From the NCBI GenBank assembly GCA_045837725.1, contig JBEWZL010000263.1:62001-126000 (forward strand): a stretch of DNA of 64,000 nucleotides. The letters are read 5' to 3'. This stretch comes from Vermamoeba vermiformis. Taxonomy: Eukaryota. The position numbers and the translations under genes are program-made. Shown here piece by piece: positions 1 through 11,389 of the stretch (position 1 is its first letter; the number at the start of each line of letters is the position of its first letter). Under the pieces are notes generated by a model that did no database searches, was not told where the DNA came from, and worked only from the letters and a program-made list of their open reading frames with translations.

Positions 1-290
1 TGCTTCATTAAGGCCAACATGCGATGAAAACCACCATGAACAGGTTTTTTCACGGAAAGTTGCTAAAACAGGTTTAATGAATTGAAATTTCTCATGAATT
101 CGGGCGACAACTGGAGTAATTAACGAAGGTTTTTTGATTTTGGCGCTGCGCCAGAGACATAAAAAGTCGCTTTTGCTTCTTAACATTTCAACAAACGAGT
201 CCGAGCAAGGAACACGAAAGAAACACTTTGTTAAATATTTTTTTTCTGGTCCCTGTACATATCTTTTTATTTATTTATTTATAACTCATA

Positions 291-3034
291 ATGCAAGCCG
301 TCACAGTCCCCAAACGCGATAAGGTCCTCTTGGAGCGAAAGGGAGTGGATGCGACTACGACAATCTTCATCGAAAAAGGACGCACAGAGCCTCGTCGCGA
401 CACTATCTTCTTAGAGTACCTCAACAACAACACTGGCGATGCTATTCGCGTGGCCAATCACAACAATCAGATTGCTAAGATCGTCAGCTTCATTCAACAA
501 TGCATGGCTGGTCAAGTCAACTTGCCTTCGAACGAGCGAGCAATCTTCGAGCTCGAGAAGTGGAACGCAGACATGGACAAGTACGTGCTCGAGCACCCCA
601 ACCTTGGTACTGCCATCACTCGCACTATCGAAGACGCCCAGAACGTTTTGCGCGCCTTCATCCCAGTGATCCGCAACATCAACAAGGGTGATCACTTCCA
701 AAAACTCACTCATTACGCTGCATTAGAAGCCTATTCTGCCGCCAAGGCCAAGTAAGTACTCGCGATGCAAATCGTTTCAGAAAGGCGATCTATTTTTAGA
801 TGAAATTTCAGTACTTTATTTTGGTCGCCTCCCAAACAAGCAACTTTCAGACCTATTCAATCAAGTGTGTTAATCATGTTTGTTACAGCGAGAACAAGGT
901 TCGCACCTCCAAGAAGACACGAGTTGTCAGCCGCCGCGAATCCAGACGAGCTCAAAAAGATGCTCGTCGTATGGGCAAAGGTCTGAGTGTCGCTGCTAAG
1001 CAATTGGTGCTTAACCGCAAGATGAGACGCATGGTTCTTGACTTGGTCGACATCATTCAAGATATCATTTATGCTGGTATGGGCAAGAAGGACAAGACTC
1101 AAACCACCGTCACTGAGACCACCCAAACTACTACTCAGACCACCACTCAAACGGTCGCCACTACCATGCCTTATGTCTCTATGACTCCCTCTACTGACAT
1201 GAATGCTCAAGCCACCGTTACCACTACTGGTTATGATGGCAGCGTTCTCGTCGAGAGATTGCCCGTGCAACCTTTGCCCACCACTGGCTACGCCTCAGAA
1301 GTCTACGTTGCACCTGTTGCACCTGTTCAAATGTCTGAGACCATCATTCAAAACATCACCACTGAAGGTCAACAACCTCAAGTCGGCTCCACCATCACTC
1401 AATCCAAGGTCATGCGCAGAATCTCCCCTGAGCACCGCAAGGAATTGGCTCGCAGAATGTTGCGCATCTTGACTGAATTGAACAAACACGACGATGTTGC
1501 CCGCGGTATCCGCTCCATGATCAAGTTGATTGACGTCGGTGTCAACCTCGCCTCCAAGAACACCAAGAAGGTCGCCCACAAGGGCAGCGAGCTCAAGGAA
1601 ACCAACTTGCGTCTTGCTTGGGACGAATTGATGGCTCTCTTCGGCTACTTCGCTCCCAACGGCGACATGAAGCTCATCCTCAGAGACAGCAAGCACCTCA
1701 TCAACTCTTTCCGCAAGGACGAGCGCACTCGCCACATTTTGCGCGAGTTCCGCGACTTGATTGAAAGCAGCTTGAAGCATCCCGATCGTGTCAACGAAGA
1801 GGAACTTGTTTTGCGCATTGAGCGTCTCATCGACGATACCACCAACTTGACTGAAGACTACGTCAACAGATCTCGCGCTGTCTTGAAGCTCTGGGGTCGT
1901 CTCTTCAAGAACATCGAGCGCGATGAAGAGTTGTTGCGCTTGCAATCTTCCATCAACCGCTTCTTCGAGAACATCTTCCCCGTCCAGCACGGCCGCCCTG
2001 TTCCCAACGTGCAATTGTTCAAGGAGATTGACATGTTCCTCGGCCCCTACTTGAGCCACAAGTTGCGCAAGATGCCTTTGCCTACTATCACCGGCTCTAC
2101 TGGTATCATTGACTTCTCTCTCAGCGGTCTCAAGTTGGACATGAGGGACTTCTTGCCCGAGCAATTCGACGTTGAAGTTCGCACTCGCTCCATCTTTGAC
2201 GTCAAGCACAACCCTGGCGTTGCTTTCCATCACACTCGCCTCAACGTTACCATTCGTGACATCTGCTTCGACTTGAAGAAGTTCAACTACTCGTTCTACC
2301 TCAAGAAGTTCATGAGAATGCGCTCTGCTGGCAGAATGTCTGTTGGTGTTCACCACGCTCGAATGACCATGCAAATTGACTTGCTCGTCCCCAAGAAGGG
2401 TGATGTCCCTGTCTTCTACATGCGCAAGATGAAGCTCAAGCTCAAGCACTTGAAGTTCAGAGCTCACAAGGGTGCCAGACACCGTGGTTTGCTGAACAAC
2501 GGTTTCAACGTCGCTCATCCCACCGTACTCAATATCCTCCGCAAGCGCATCAACAAGCAACTCGCTGTCATGCGCAAGAAGGTCGAGAAAACCGTCAACA
2601 TGATGTTGCTCGATGCTCACAACAATGCTCTTGAACGTAGACGTACTGCCCGCAAGGCTCGCCGTGCCGCTCGCAAGGCCCGAAGACAAGCTTCAGTCAG
2701 AACCACTGGCCTCCAACCTGCCACTACTGCTACCACCGTCGAAACTGTGCCCGCTGCCCGTACCACTACCACTGAACACCGTCACAAGCGCAAGCACCGT
2801 GACCACGAGACTGTCATTGTCTCTGAGCGTCCTGCTCCAGTTGTTGTCACTGCTCCAGTCCAACCCGAGCGACCAGTCGTCGTTACTGCCAAGACCACTG
2901 AGCACCGCGATGGCACTGTCGAGAAGACAGTCGAGGCCAAGACTAATGCTCCTGCTAAGATGATCGTCACTGAAGACAAAGAAATATTGGCAAATGAGCT
3001 CCAATCTGGTGTCCGATCTGACTACGCTGCTTAA
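291..3034 (+). CDS. Large two-exon protein resembling the fungal DUF4449/DUF5923 (HAM1-like, BPI/TULIP-like) family
   Basis: ORF 291-755 joins ORF 800-3034 in frame through intron 752-888 (GTAAGT...TTACAG; AA|C gives Asn). Strongly C-ending codon bias. The segment LPLPTITGSTGIIDFSLSGLKLDMRDFLP resembles DUF4449-type proteins; the family call is from memory and tentative. Confidence 0.6.
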
Positions 3035-3267
3035 AGACAGTCAGAATAACAAAACAACACTATTTAAATTGTAAATACGAAATTATACATAGTTTATTTT
3101 TTGATACAGCGTTTATAAATAAAAACTATTTATTATATCTTCGTCTCCATGCTATAGCATCGCTAGTCTCCTATTCCAGTCACAATGTTATTGCTCTCCT
3201 ATTGACAACGAGTTGAAAGTTCGTGTTTTTGTCTGTAAATTTTGTTTGTAATCAACAGAACAACACA

Positions 3268-5132
3268 ATGCAACGAGCAGTTTCCCTGGTTTGTCGTCGA
3301 GCTGCTCTGGCATCCAGAACTGTCTCCGGATCACTTTTTGAGACAACCAGAAGAAATTTGCACAAGCAGTCGAGATCGTCAGCCAAGATCGCAAATCCGA
3401 CGAAGATCTCGACCTTCGTTACAAAGCGCTCTTATGCAACCCAGTTCGGAAATACAAAGGAAAAGGAAAGCAACGAGCTCCTTCCGAGCAGATCATTGGA
3501 AGAACTACCGACGATCTTGAATGAACTCAAAACAGTTTGCAAAACTCCTCGTGATTTAATTCGCGCACTTGTGACATTATTTGTACAATATAGAGTGGCT
3601 TTTGGACAAGGCACCCGAAGCGCTTACGAGGATGGTGAGTTGATCTGCCAAAAAATTAATTTAGAAATTAATTTAAATTATGAACGCTCGTATTTCATCG
3701 TCCTTGCATGATGTCTTACCGATTATCAACTTATAAAAAAATAATTATTGACGTTCTCAATAAATGGTGATAGTTTGGATCCACCCCCTAATGAATCTCG
3801 ATACTGACATCTTTATCTTAAATAGCCTACACTCTCGTATTTGGTACATTAAGCCTGCCGCTCACGGAACAAGACGAATCAGCAGACGCATTGTTTTTGG
3901 ATGGCGCACTGGCTCCGTCAGAAATTAACAAAGTGATGCAAGCAGTGACTAACCGCATTGCCAAACGCGTGCCTACAGCCTATTTAATTCGACAGGCCGT
4001 TTTTGGACAGTTTAGTTTCTACGTGGATCCGCGTGTCATCATTCCTCGTTCTTACATTGCCGAGCTATTGACAGTGGACGAATACCATCAACAAATCATT
4101 TCGCTCATGAAAGAACACGAGGTCAAATCAGTGCTCGATCTGTAAGTAATTAGCACGATATATGATAGACACAGTATTAACAAGAGCAACAGTTGCACGG
4201 GATCTGGTTGTCTGGCTATTATGGCTGCCAATGCGTTCCCCAATGCTGAGATATATGCTGCGGATATTTCCGATGACGCACTCAAAGTGGCTCGCGTTAA
4301 TATCGAAGCATATGGCCTCAGTGATCGCATCAAGTTAGTGAAGTCAGATCTGTTCTCGGGCCTTGCCGGCAAAAGATTTGATTTGATCATTTCCAACCCG
4401 CCATATGTCTCCGCTGATCGCATGAGAAACTTGCCTCTGGAGTTCCGTCACGAACCGACCTTGGCACTAGACGGAGGCCCAGACGGACTGTCACTGATTC
4501 GACGACTTGTCATCAGCAGTCGCGATCACATGACGCAAAATGGTCTGCTCGTTGTGGAGACTAGCGGCCACAAGCCAGCGGATGTTGCTAAGCAGTTTGC
4601 TTTGTTGCAACTTCACTGGCTCGAGACGAGTGCTGGCGCCAGTGAAGTGATGGCCATTCGTTCAGTCGTGGGCCAGAGCTACGAGGTGCCAAAGAAGACC
4701 AGCAACAAAGAGGTCAAGAGCGAGACCAACACTACCAGCAATAATAACAACGCTCAGCCTAAGAAAACTGAAGAAGAACCGCGTGTTGAAGTGAGCGAGA
4801 CCAAGGCGGAGAAGCCTAGCGACAACAAAGAGAAAGAGACTCAGGGACCAGTGAAACAGACGAGTGTTGGTCGTGTAGTGCTGCTCAATCACAAAGATCT
4901 GGACCACGACTCGAATGGCAAGGACACCGACAATGTAAATACACAACAAAAGTTAAGCACAAATGTGTCTGAGAGGAAGGGCTCTGGTGCCAACATGTCA
5001 CCCAACGAGGCTGCATCCAGCAAGACATACTCGATCCCGAATGGACTGCACTTCCAAAAGAAGGGAGTCGCGAAGAAATCAGGCAAGTTCAACGCTCATA
5101 ACTTCCAACAAAAACAAAAACACAAAAAATAA
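3268..5132 (+). CDS. prmB: PrmB-like ribosomal protein uL3 N5-glutamine methyltransferase (HemK family) with putative mitochondrial presequence and low-complexity C-tail
   Basis: Three exons (introns ~3635-3825 and ~4142-4192). Motifs FGQGTRSAYEDA, RVPTAYL, FYVDPRVIIPRSYIAEL, LDLCTGSG, SNPPY and FRHEP. Arg/Ser-rich N-terminus. Confidence 0.85.
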
Positions 5133-5388
5133 TCTCTCTGTAATAAACCTTTGCGAATATTGCGCTTCACGCTCGTGGGGGGTAAATCTGGCACGCGTTT
5201 ATTGAGGGCATGTAGTTGGCGTGGGGTCACACCAGACTAACCAGAGACACGCCCCTTGTAATACAAGTAAAACAAAAACAAAAATAAAAAGAAAAAATAA
5301 TTTAACAAACCAAGCTTGTTGTGGCGCTCTGTTTGCTAAAACGACGACAATGGCGGTTGTAGCGTTGCTTCGTTTTTCTTCTCGGCAA

Positions 5389-5421
5389 GTCACGTGACAC
5401 CTGTCACATGTCAACCAGGGC
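5389..5421. promoter_or_regulatory. Cluster of TF-like motifs upstream of the small secreted-protein gene
   Basis: GTCACGTGAC, overlapping TGACACCTGTCA (5395-5406) and ACCAGGGC (5414-5421) within 33 bp, about 150 bp upstream of ATG 5569. Confidence 0.4.
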
Positions 5422-5568
5422 TATGTCGGAATTCTTCACTCGCTGTGAATTCGAATATTCCGACGCTAATTGCTTCAGGCAATGTCGCTGCATGAATATT
5501 CATTAACGGAACTTGATCCGCGTGTCAATTTTATTCCAGTCAAGGAACAACAACACAATAGAAGCACA

Positions 5569-6028
5569 ATGCGTTTTTTGTTATTTCTAGTCTTGTTAGG
5601 TGTTACATCATTTGTTTACTTGCAAGAAACGCATCTCGTGCGAGTGTTAATGGATGCTCAATGCAAGCGTAATCATTCGCGATGGGACGTTAGCACAAAC
5701 AAGTGCTATATTTTAGACGACGGCTCCCTCAGTATGAAGGTATTACAACCAATAATTAGACTTTAATAACCAAGTGCCAGATCACACTCAATCAGTCCGT
5801 CATTAGCCGGTGCTATTATAACAATACATATGTCAAGGGATGCTATAATGCTAATTTTATGCCAAAATCATGCGAAATTAAATCGATAGGTAAACAAATA
5901 AATAATTTATTTAGCCGTAAATAATTCTTTGCGCAGGTCAATGTTATCCAATGCCAAAATCACCGTTCGGAGTCATGTGGCTGATTAGTAATCGACAAGA
6001 AGAGGACATTGACAGCAATACAAAAATA
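5569..6028 (+). CDS. Small Cys-rich secreted protein, unknown function (3 exons)
   Basis: Signal peptide MRFLLFLVLLGVTSFVYL. In-frame splicing across two GT-AG introns gives ...SLSMK|ITLNQSVISRCYY...CEIKSI|GQCYPMPK...NTK*, with six Cys. Confidence 0.7.
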
Positions 6029-6052
6029 AATATTTATTAGCGACAGGTGGCA

Positions 6053-9000
6053 TTATTTACACGGAGCCGCCAGCTGGCGATGATTTTGATAGAAAGTGAT
6101 AGTGGCAGGACTGCCAGAGATGTGATACTTGTCCTCGCCAAAGTGAATGAACACCTTGACTGTCAGCACTTCGGGGGACTCGACGGCAATAGACAAGTCT
6201 CCCACACGATCACCGGCCTCGTAGAAACTCAGCTTTGAAATGACAGTTTTCCTTCTGCCTGTCACTTCACATGTCAAACGGTACTTGCCGAATTTTTGCT
6301 GATTGAACGGTACTTTAGCTCTGTTCACAATGGGCAGTATTGCTGGTGGGTTGTTCATGGCAATTTCTTTGGGCGCGTCAATGTACAGCAGCTTGCTCAC
6401 GAGATTTTTGCCGATGGTTTTCAAGTGCTCCAGGTTGTCAGGGGCACTCAAATACGCCATCGTGTCTTGCACGAGCTGATTCAACTTTTTGTCGTCGGTC
6501 GTGTCGAGTCCAATGCGCTTCGTGAGCAGTGGATTGATGCGGAAGTAATTGAGTCCAGTCGCGTTGGCGAGTCTCGTGTGGACGTTCTGCGGTGATGTGG
6601 CCAGATTGACAAACTTTCTAATCCAATACATCAAGTCATCACTAGCTTTAGTGTCGTCTTGTGTCACACCTGTGCCTACTGACACGACGACATCCACGGC
6701 GTGATTCGGCCAAATTGACTTCATTTCATCCACGCCTAGAGCTGCCGGGTTATTTGCAACGACGCCACCGTCGACAAATCGTTTGCCAGCAGCTGAGTAA
6801 CTTCCAAAGTAGGTCGGTGCAGCGGCAGTGGCCGTGGCTCCCTTGTACATTGGCAAGTCATAATAGATCTGGACCTTTGACTCGCCGTGTCTGTATTGGA
6901 AGTAGTTGGCCAGCAGCGTGGGTGTGGGTGTAGTTAAGTTGCTATTGTAGGTTGTGGCAGCGACTAAAGGAGAACTCTCCACAGTCTCGAGGAATGTGCG
7001 CTGTCTGAAGTGATCGTACATGGCATTCTGCAGATCAGTCACGTGATATTTCGGCAACCAAAACAACAACTTGCGCCCAAATCCAGTGTTGAAAATCTTC
7101 TTGGGCATCTTTTGATAGAACTCCACGTACGACGAAAGATTAGGATTGCGGTCCGCGAGTGAAAGTGCCAATATGCCACCGACACTAGTGCCAATGATGT
7201 AGTCAAACAGGTCTTGAATCTTGAAGCCAGTGAGCGCTTCTAGCCTTTGCAGCACAAGCACGAGAATAATTCCGCGGACCCCTCCACCGTCTAGTGATAG
7301 AAGACGTGTGCCTGCAAGGGTTGGAATACGCTTCGTGAAGTCTAGAAACGAGTCGTTAGTGCACGCTGCGAGTATATACGAAAATTACTTACCAACTTCT
7401 TTGGAAGCAAGGCCATCAAGCGGACACACGTGCAACTTGGAGGCACAATCTTTGCAGTACTGATGACCGCACTTCATCAATGAGACAGCTGTACTTTTGA
7501 ACTGGGCTAGACAGATCATGCATTGATTCCACTCGACAGCGTCGCCTTGGTGCTCTACGACAATCATTTGGTTGTCCTTGGCCTCTTGTAAGATCTTGAG
7601 GCCGAGTTGGTTGATTGATCGCTTGAATGAGGTGCGTTCAAATGAGCTACGACGACCGGCCCCGATGGTGACACGACGACCAGCACCACTGACTTCATTC
7701 AAATACTCTTCTAACCGAGCATCAAATTGACGTCGCAGCACCGCGAAATCAAACTGTGGCGGCTGAGGGGCTGCTGGTAGTTTGTTTGGCATTCCTGACA
7801 GCGAGGCCTTGACCGAGCGATGACCACTCGTGTGGAAGCACTTGGGAATGCCACAGATGCTACCGCGAATACCAAACATACACGGACTCCAGTCGGTGAC
7901 CAGACCCGAAAAAGATTCAAAGTTCTGATCGATGATCTGCTTCAGATTCTCCTTGGCCAAGTCTTCGACTTTAATGCCGCCGTGTGCTGTTTCTTGCAAG
8001 GCTGACAGCGTGATGACGGCCAGTCGTTTGAGTGCCAAGTTGACTATGGTGATGTAGTCGAGCTCACTCTTGATCTCTTTGCGGCTAATGAGGTCCCAGA
8101 ATCCTTTCCTGCACACCAATTAGATCAGTCCGTCATGACCGAGTTTACACTTACAATGCCTTGATAGCGTCGTTGTGCGGGGTCCACAGTCTTTTGAGCA
8201 CGTCTCTAATGCTGACTTTGCTCTTGTCGTCCTTGGAGAGCTGTTCCACGACTGCCTTCACGTACTCAAACCACAGCTTGTCGCTGAAGAAGTTGTTCTT
8301 TTTCATCATCCAGCTCGTGGATGCTGTCTCGTGCAAACAGTTCATCAGGCACACTTTGAGTCGACTCAACTGATCTTCGTACAAGGCCGGGTTGACTTGG
8401 TACTCGGGCATTTTGACCACTTTGACACCTTGATAGTACGTTGTGATCTTTTCAATCACGCCGCTCTCCTTGTTCGCGGTGAAGAAGTCACTCGTCGACG
8501 CCTCCACTTCGTAGGCACTCAAGTCAGTTTGTTGCGACGGATTGGCAAAGTTCTGCACGACAAGCAGCTTGGGTTTCTCGCCACTGCCCTCGGTGATCGT
8601 GCTTTTGGCTGCAAAGTCTTCAATGCGTTCGACGTAGGAGCTGTTGTGCAGCCGCGCGCTGTCAACATAGATGATGACATTAGCACAGAGATAGACGAGC
8701 TGCGGGAACAGCGTGGTGACAATCTTTTGTCGGCCCTCTTGAAGCTCTTTCAACTCCTAGCAACGACACATTAAGCAACGTAATTACAAGTATCGTAATG
8801 GCGTACCTTTTTGTGAAATGCAAATCTTTGTCGACAGCTCTCAGGTGTCTTGCCGTTCATGCCTTCGACGTCAATGAGCATCACTTCAGCACCCTTGATC
8901 TCGCCCAAGTACAGACATATATTTCCGGTTGTTGGCGATACAGCTCCTGGTGCGGCTACACCAGGGATTCTGTTGCGTGGTTAGTGACAGCTGAAATTTA

Positions 9001-9741
9001 AATTTGTAACGTACTTGAGCTCCATGACACGTTTTTGGAAAGGCATCAGCTCACTGATCAAACGACTCTTGCCCACGCCAGTAGGCCCTACGAGAGCTAT
9101 TTTCAGCATGCATTTGTTCGCGCTGGCTGCTTCGATGAACGCCATCCAGTTTTCGTGATTGATGGCCAATCTATTCGAGCTCTCGGGTTCAATTGTAATG
9201 ATCTCGGCCTAGTCATATAAGGGTTAATAAATGTGATGCAAGAATAAGCCACAAACACGTACCTTATTGTCACCAATAAATTTGGGTTGAAATTGCTGGC
9301 TGATGAGAGGAATGGCCTGGGACAACTTCTTCCAGACTTCAGTTCGCTTGCCCAATGTGAAGTTGAGTTCAGCTGTCAAGTCGTCTTTGTGCAGAAATCG
9401 AAAGCCGTCGAGCGGAATATTTCTCAATTCCGCATATTCAGCCAGACCTGCTTCTTTGAGCCACTCTTCTTTGCTCGTGAACGATGGAAGCACTTTGCTG
9501 CTCCTAATAATAAACAATGTTAAGACCGTACTTAAAGCATGAAGATCTGGACTTACTTGGTTGACACTTTAAACAGTCGCTCAGCGTCTTGATTGGGGAT
9601 CTTGAGCTGTAGCAAGTCTTGAATTGACTCTACATCGTTGAGTTGGTCCAAGCTAGTAATGTCTTGTTGCACGAGGATGCTGTGCACGAGCGGCACATTG
9701 GAGATACCAATGTCTGCTAGTTGTTGTTTAAACTCGTCCAT
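6053..9741 (-). CDS. Multidomain protein: SAM-like x2, GBP/atlastin-like P-loop GTPase, C3HC4 RING, patatin phospholipase
   Basis: Multi-exon. SAM WLKEAGLAEY...LGKR. GTPase G1 GPTGVGKS, G2 PTTG, G3 DVEG. RING CMICL...CGHQYCKDC...CP. Patatin LSLDGGGVRG, GTSVG and DGG. Confidence 0.85.
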
Positions 9742-10000
9742 TTGTGACTCGTGTGTTTGGGTTCTTACGCAAATTGAATTTGAAATTGGGTCAAATCAAG
9801 GACTACTTCGAGCGTTGCGGTGAATCACCGCATTTTTGAATTACGTAAAATCAAAATTTAATATTTCGAAACGAATTATCGCGCTTTGCGAATTGTATAT
9901 TTTCCCATACTAGGCAAATAATTTCAAAGAGGTTTAACGAAATTAAATAAAAGAGAAGTTGAAATCCGTATTCATAATATTCTAGCCGTTAGTTACGGCG

Positions 10001-11326
10001 ATGATTCGCTCCATACACTCTCAAAAGGAGGTAATTTTGTAACGTGGTCGGTGCTGGTTTGTTAGTGCTTGCTGTGCTGATCAGTTTCAGCAAAATTGTT
10101 ATAACTTAACCACAGAACAGATCACCATGAAAGGCGCACTCGACAAAGCACAGGGCTGGTTATCAGTGCCCATTCAAGTCCCGCAGACCTCGATCTTCAA
10201 GAACTTGTTTGTCAAGGCCAATCTGACAACCCCTAAAGCCCAAAAGAAGTTCCATGATATGGTTTCATTCGAAGGAATTGTGCTTGATCGGTCCATATTT
10301 GTCACCAATCTTACGTTTGATTGCACGAAAGAAGATCTCGAATCCATATTTTCAAAGTTCGGATCAATTGAACAAATTAAAATGGACAGCTTTTATGATG
10401 TAGAAAAAAATAGAGAAACGCTAGGAATTATTGCTGTAAGTTTTCCTTGTGTTCAGAATATTTTTAAAAATTCAGATCGCGATCGGGTCGATCACGGCGC
10501 TCCTCGTTGTTTCTTTTCACTTATCGTTGTATTCAACAGAACACAATGTCAATACCAAAACGAAGAGAACTAGAACAAAGTTATCAACCCAGCAAGTTAC
10601 CCTTCAGCAGTTCAGGTTACGCGTTTATCACTTTTACAGACACAGATGCCATCGAAAAAGTTAAACAGGTCAGGATAGGCGACAATAAGCGTATTATAAT
10701 AATTTCTGACTATTTTCTCAGGCAAAGAAAAGCGATTTTGTTGGCAAGTGTGAACGAGGCTCAGAACAGCGAGGCTTGAAGAAGTGGCTTGGTGCTTACA
10801 AGAAACAAACACAAATCAATATGGCGAACTTGCAAAAGGAGGTAGATCAGTGGATGTTTGAATATGAAAAGACTAAAGAAGAGGTACGTGTGTTTCTTAC
10901 GTTGTTAGCGTGTCACTAACTTGCGTGCAGGAACGGATGCGCACGGAACAAATGGAGGCCGATGATGACGGCTGGACCACCGTAACTACTAAGAAAAAGA
11001 GTGGACGAGACGCCAAGCCAGGAGTGAGTAAATAAACGTGATAGTGGCTCGTGCTCATCTTTGCTTTGTGCAGCGAATTGGTGCCGCGAGCATGTCACAA
11101 GAACAATTGGCCGCAGCGTTCAAACAAAAAGAGGCGAACAGACTCAAACAAGACTTTTACCGCTTCCAAACGCGCGAAAACAAAGTTAACAGTAAGTGTA
11201 CTGCATGTTGTGTAACGTTCAGTTCTAATTCAATCGTTAGGACTTGTACAGCTTCGAAAGAAATTCGAGGAGGATAAACAACGCATTGCCAAGATGAAAG
11301 AGGGCAGAAAGTTTAAGCCATATTAA
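10001..11326 (+). CDS. RRP7: Ribosomal RNA-processing protein 7 (RRM + RRP7 C-terminal domain)
   Basis: RRM (IFVTNL...FSKFGSIE, GYAFITF), DDDGWTTV, DFYRFQTRE and KFEEDKQRIAKMKEGRKFKPY*. Start at 10001 (short first exon) or 10127. Confidence 0.9.
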
Positions 11327-11389
11327 GTGCTGTGAATAAACAAGAAAATGGTGTTTATTAATGTTACAGATATCGGCTTGTCGATGAAT

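Noticed and set aside
291-755. Stand-alone 154-aa gene
   Set aside because: Its stop codon lies within a GTAAGT donor and it splices in frame to the 800-3034 ORF.
1295-2689. 464-aa antisense ORF and many other shadow ORFs in the track
   Set aside because: They mirror strongly codon-biased sense genes and have no independent motifs.
5200-5260. GC-rich tRNA-looking segment on the minus strand (GGGGCGTGTCTCTGGTTAGTCTGGT...)
   Set aside because: No TTCRA loop or cloverleaf; only a short GGCGTG/CACGCC pairing.
10000-10082. ATGATT...CTGA resembling a C/D snoRNA
   Set aside because: Better explained as an in-frame short first exon and intron of RRP7; no terminal stem.
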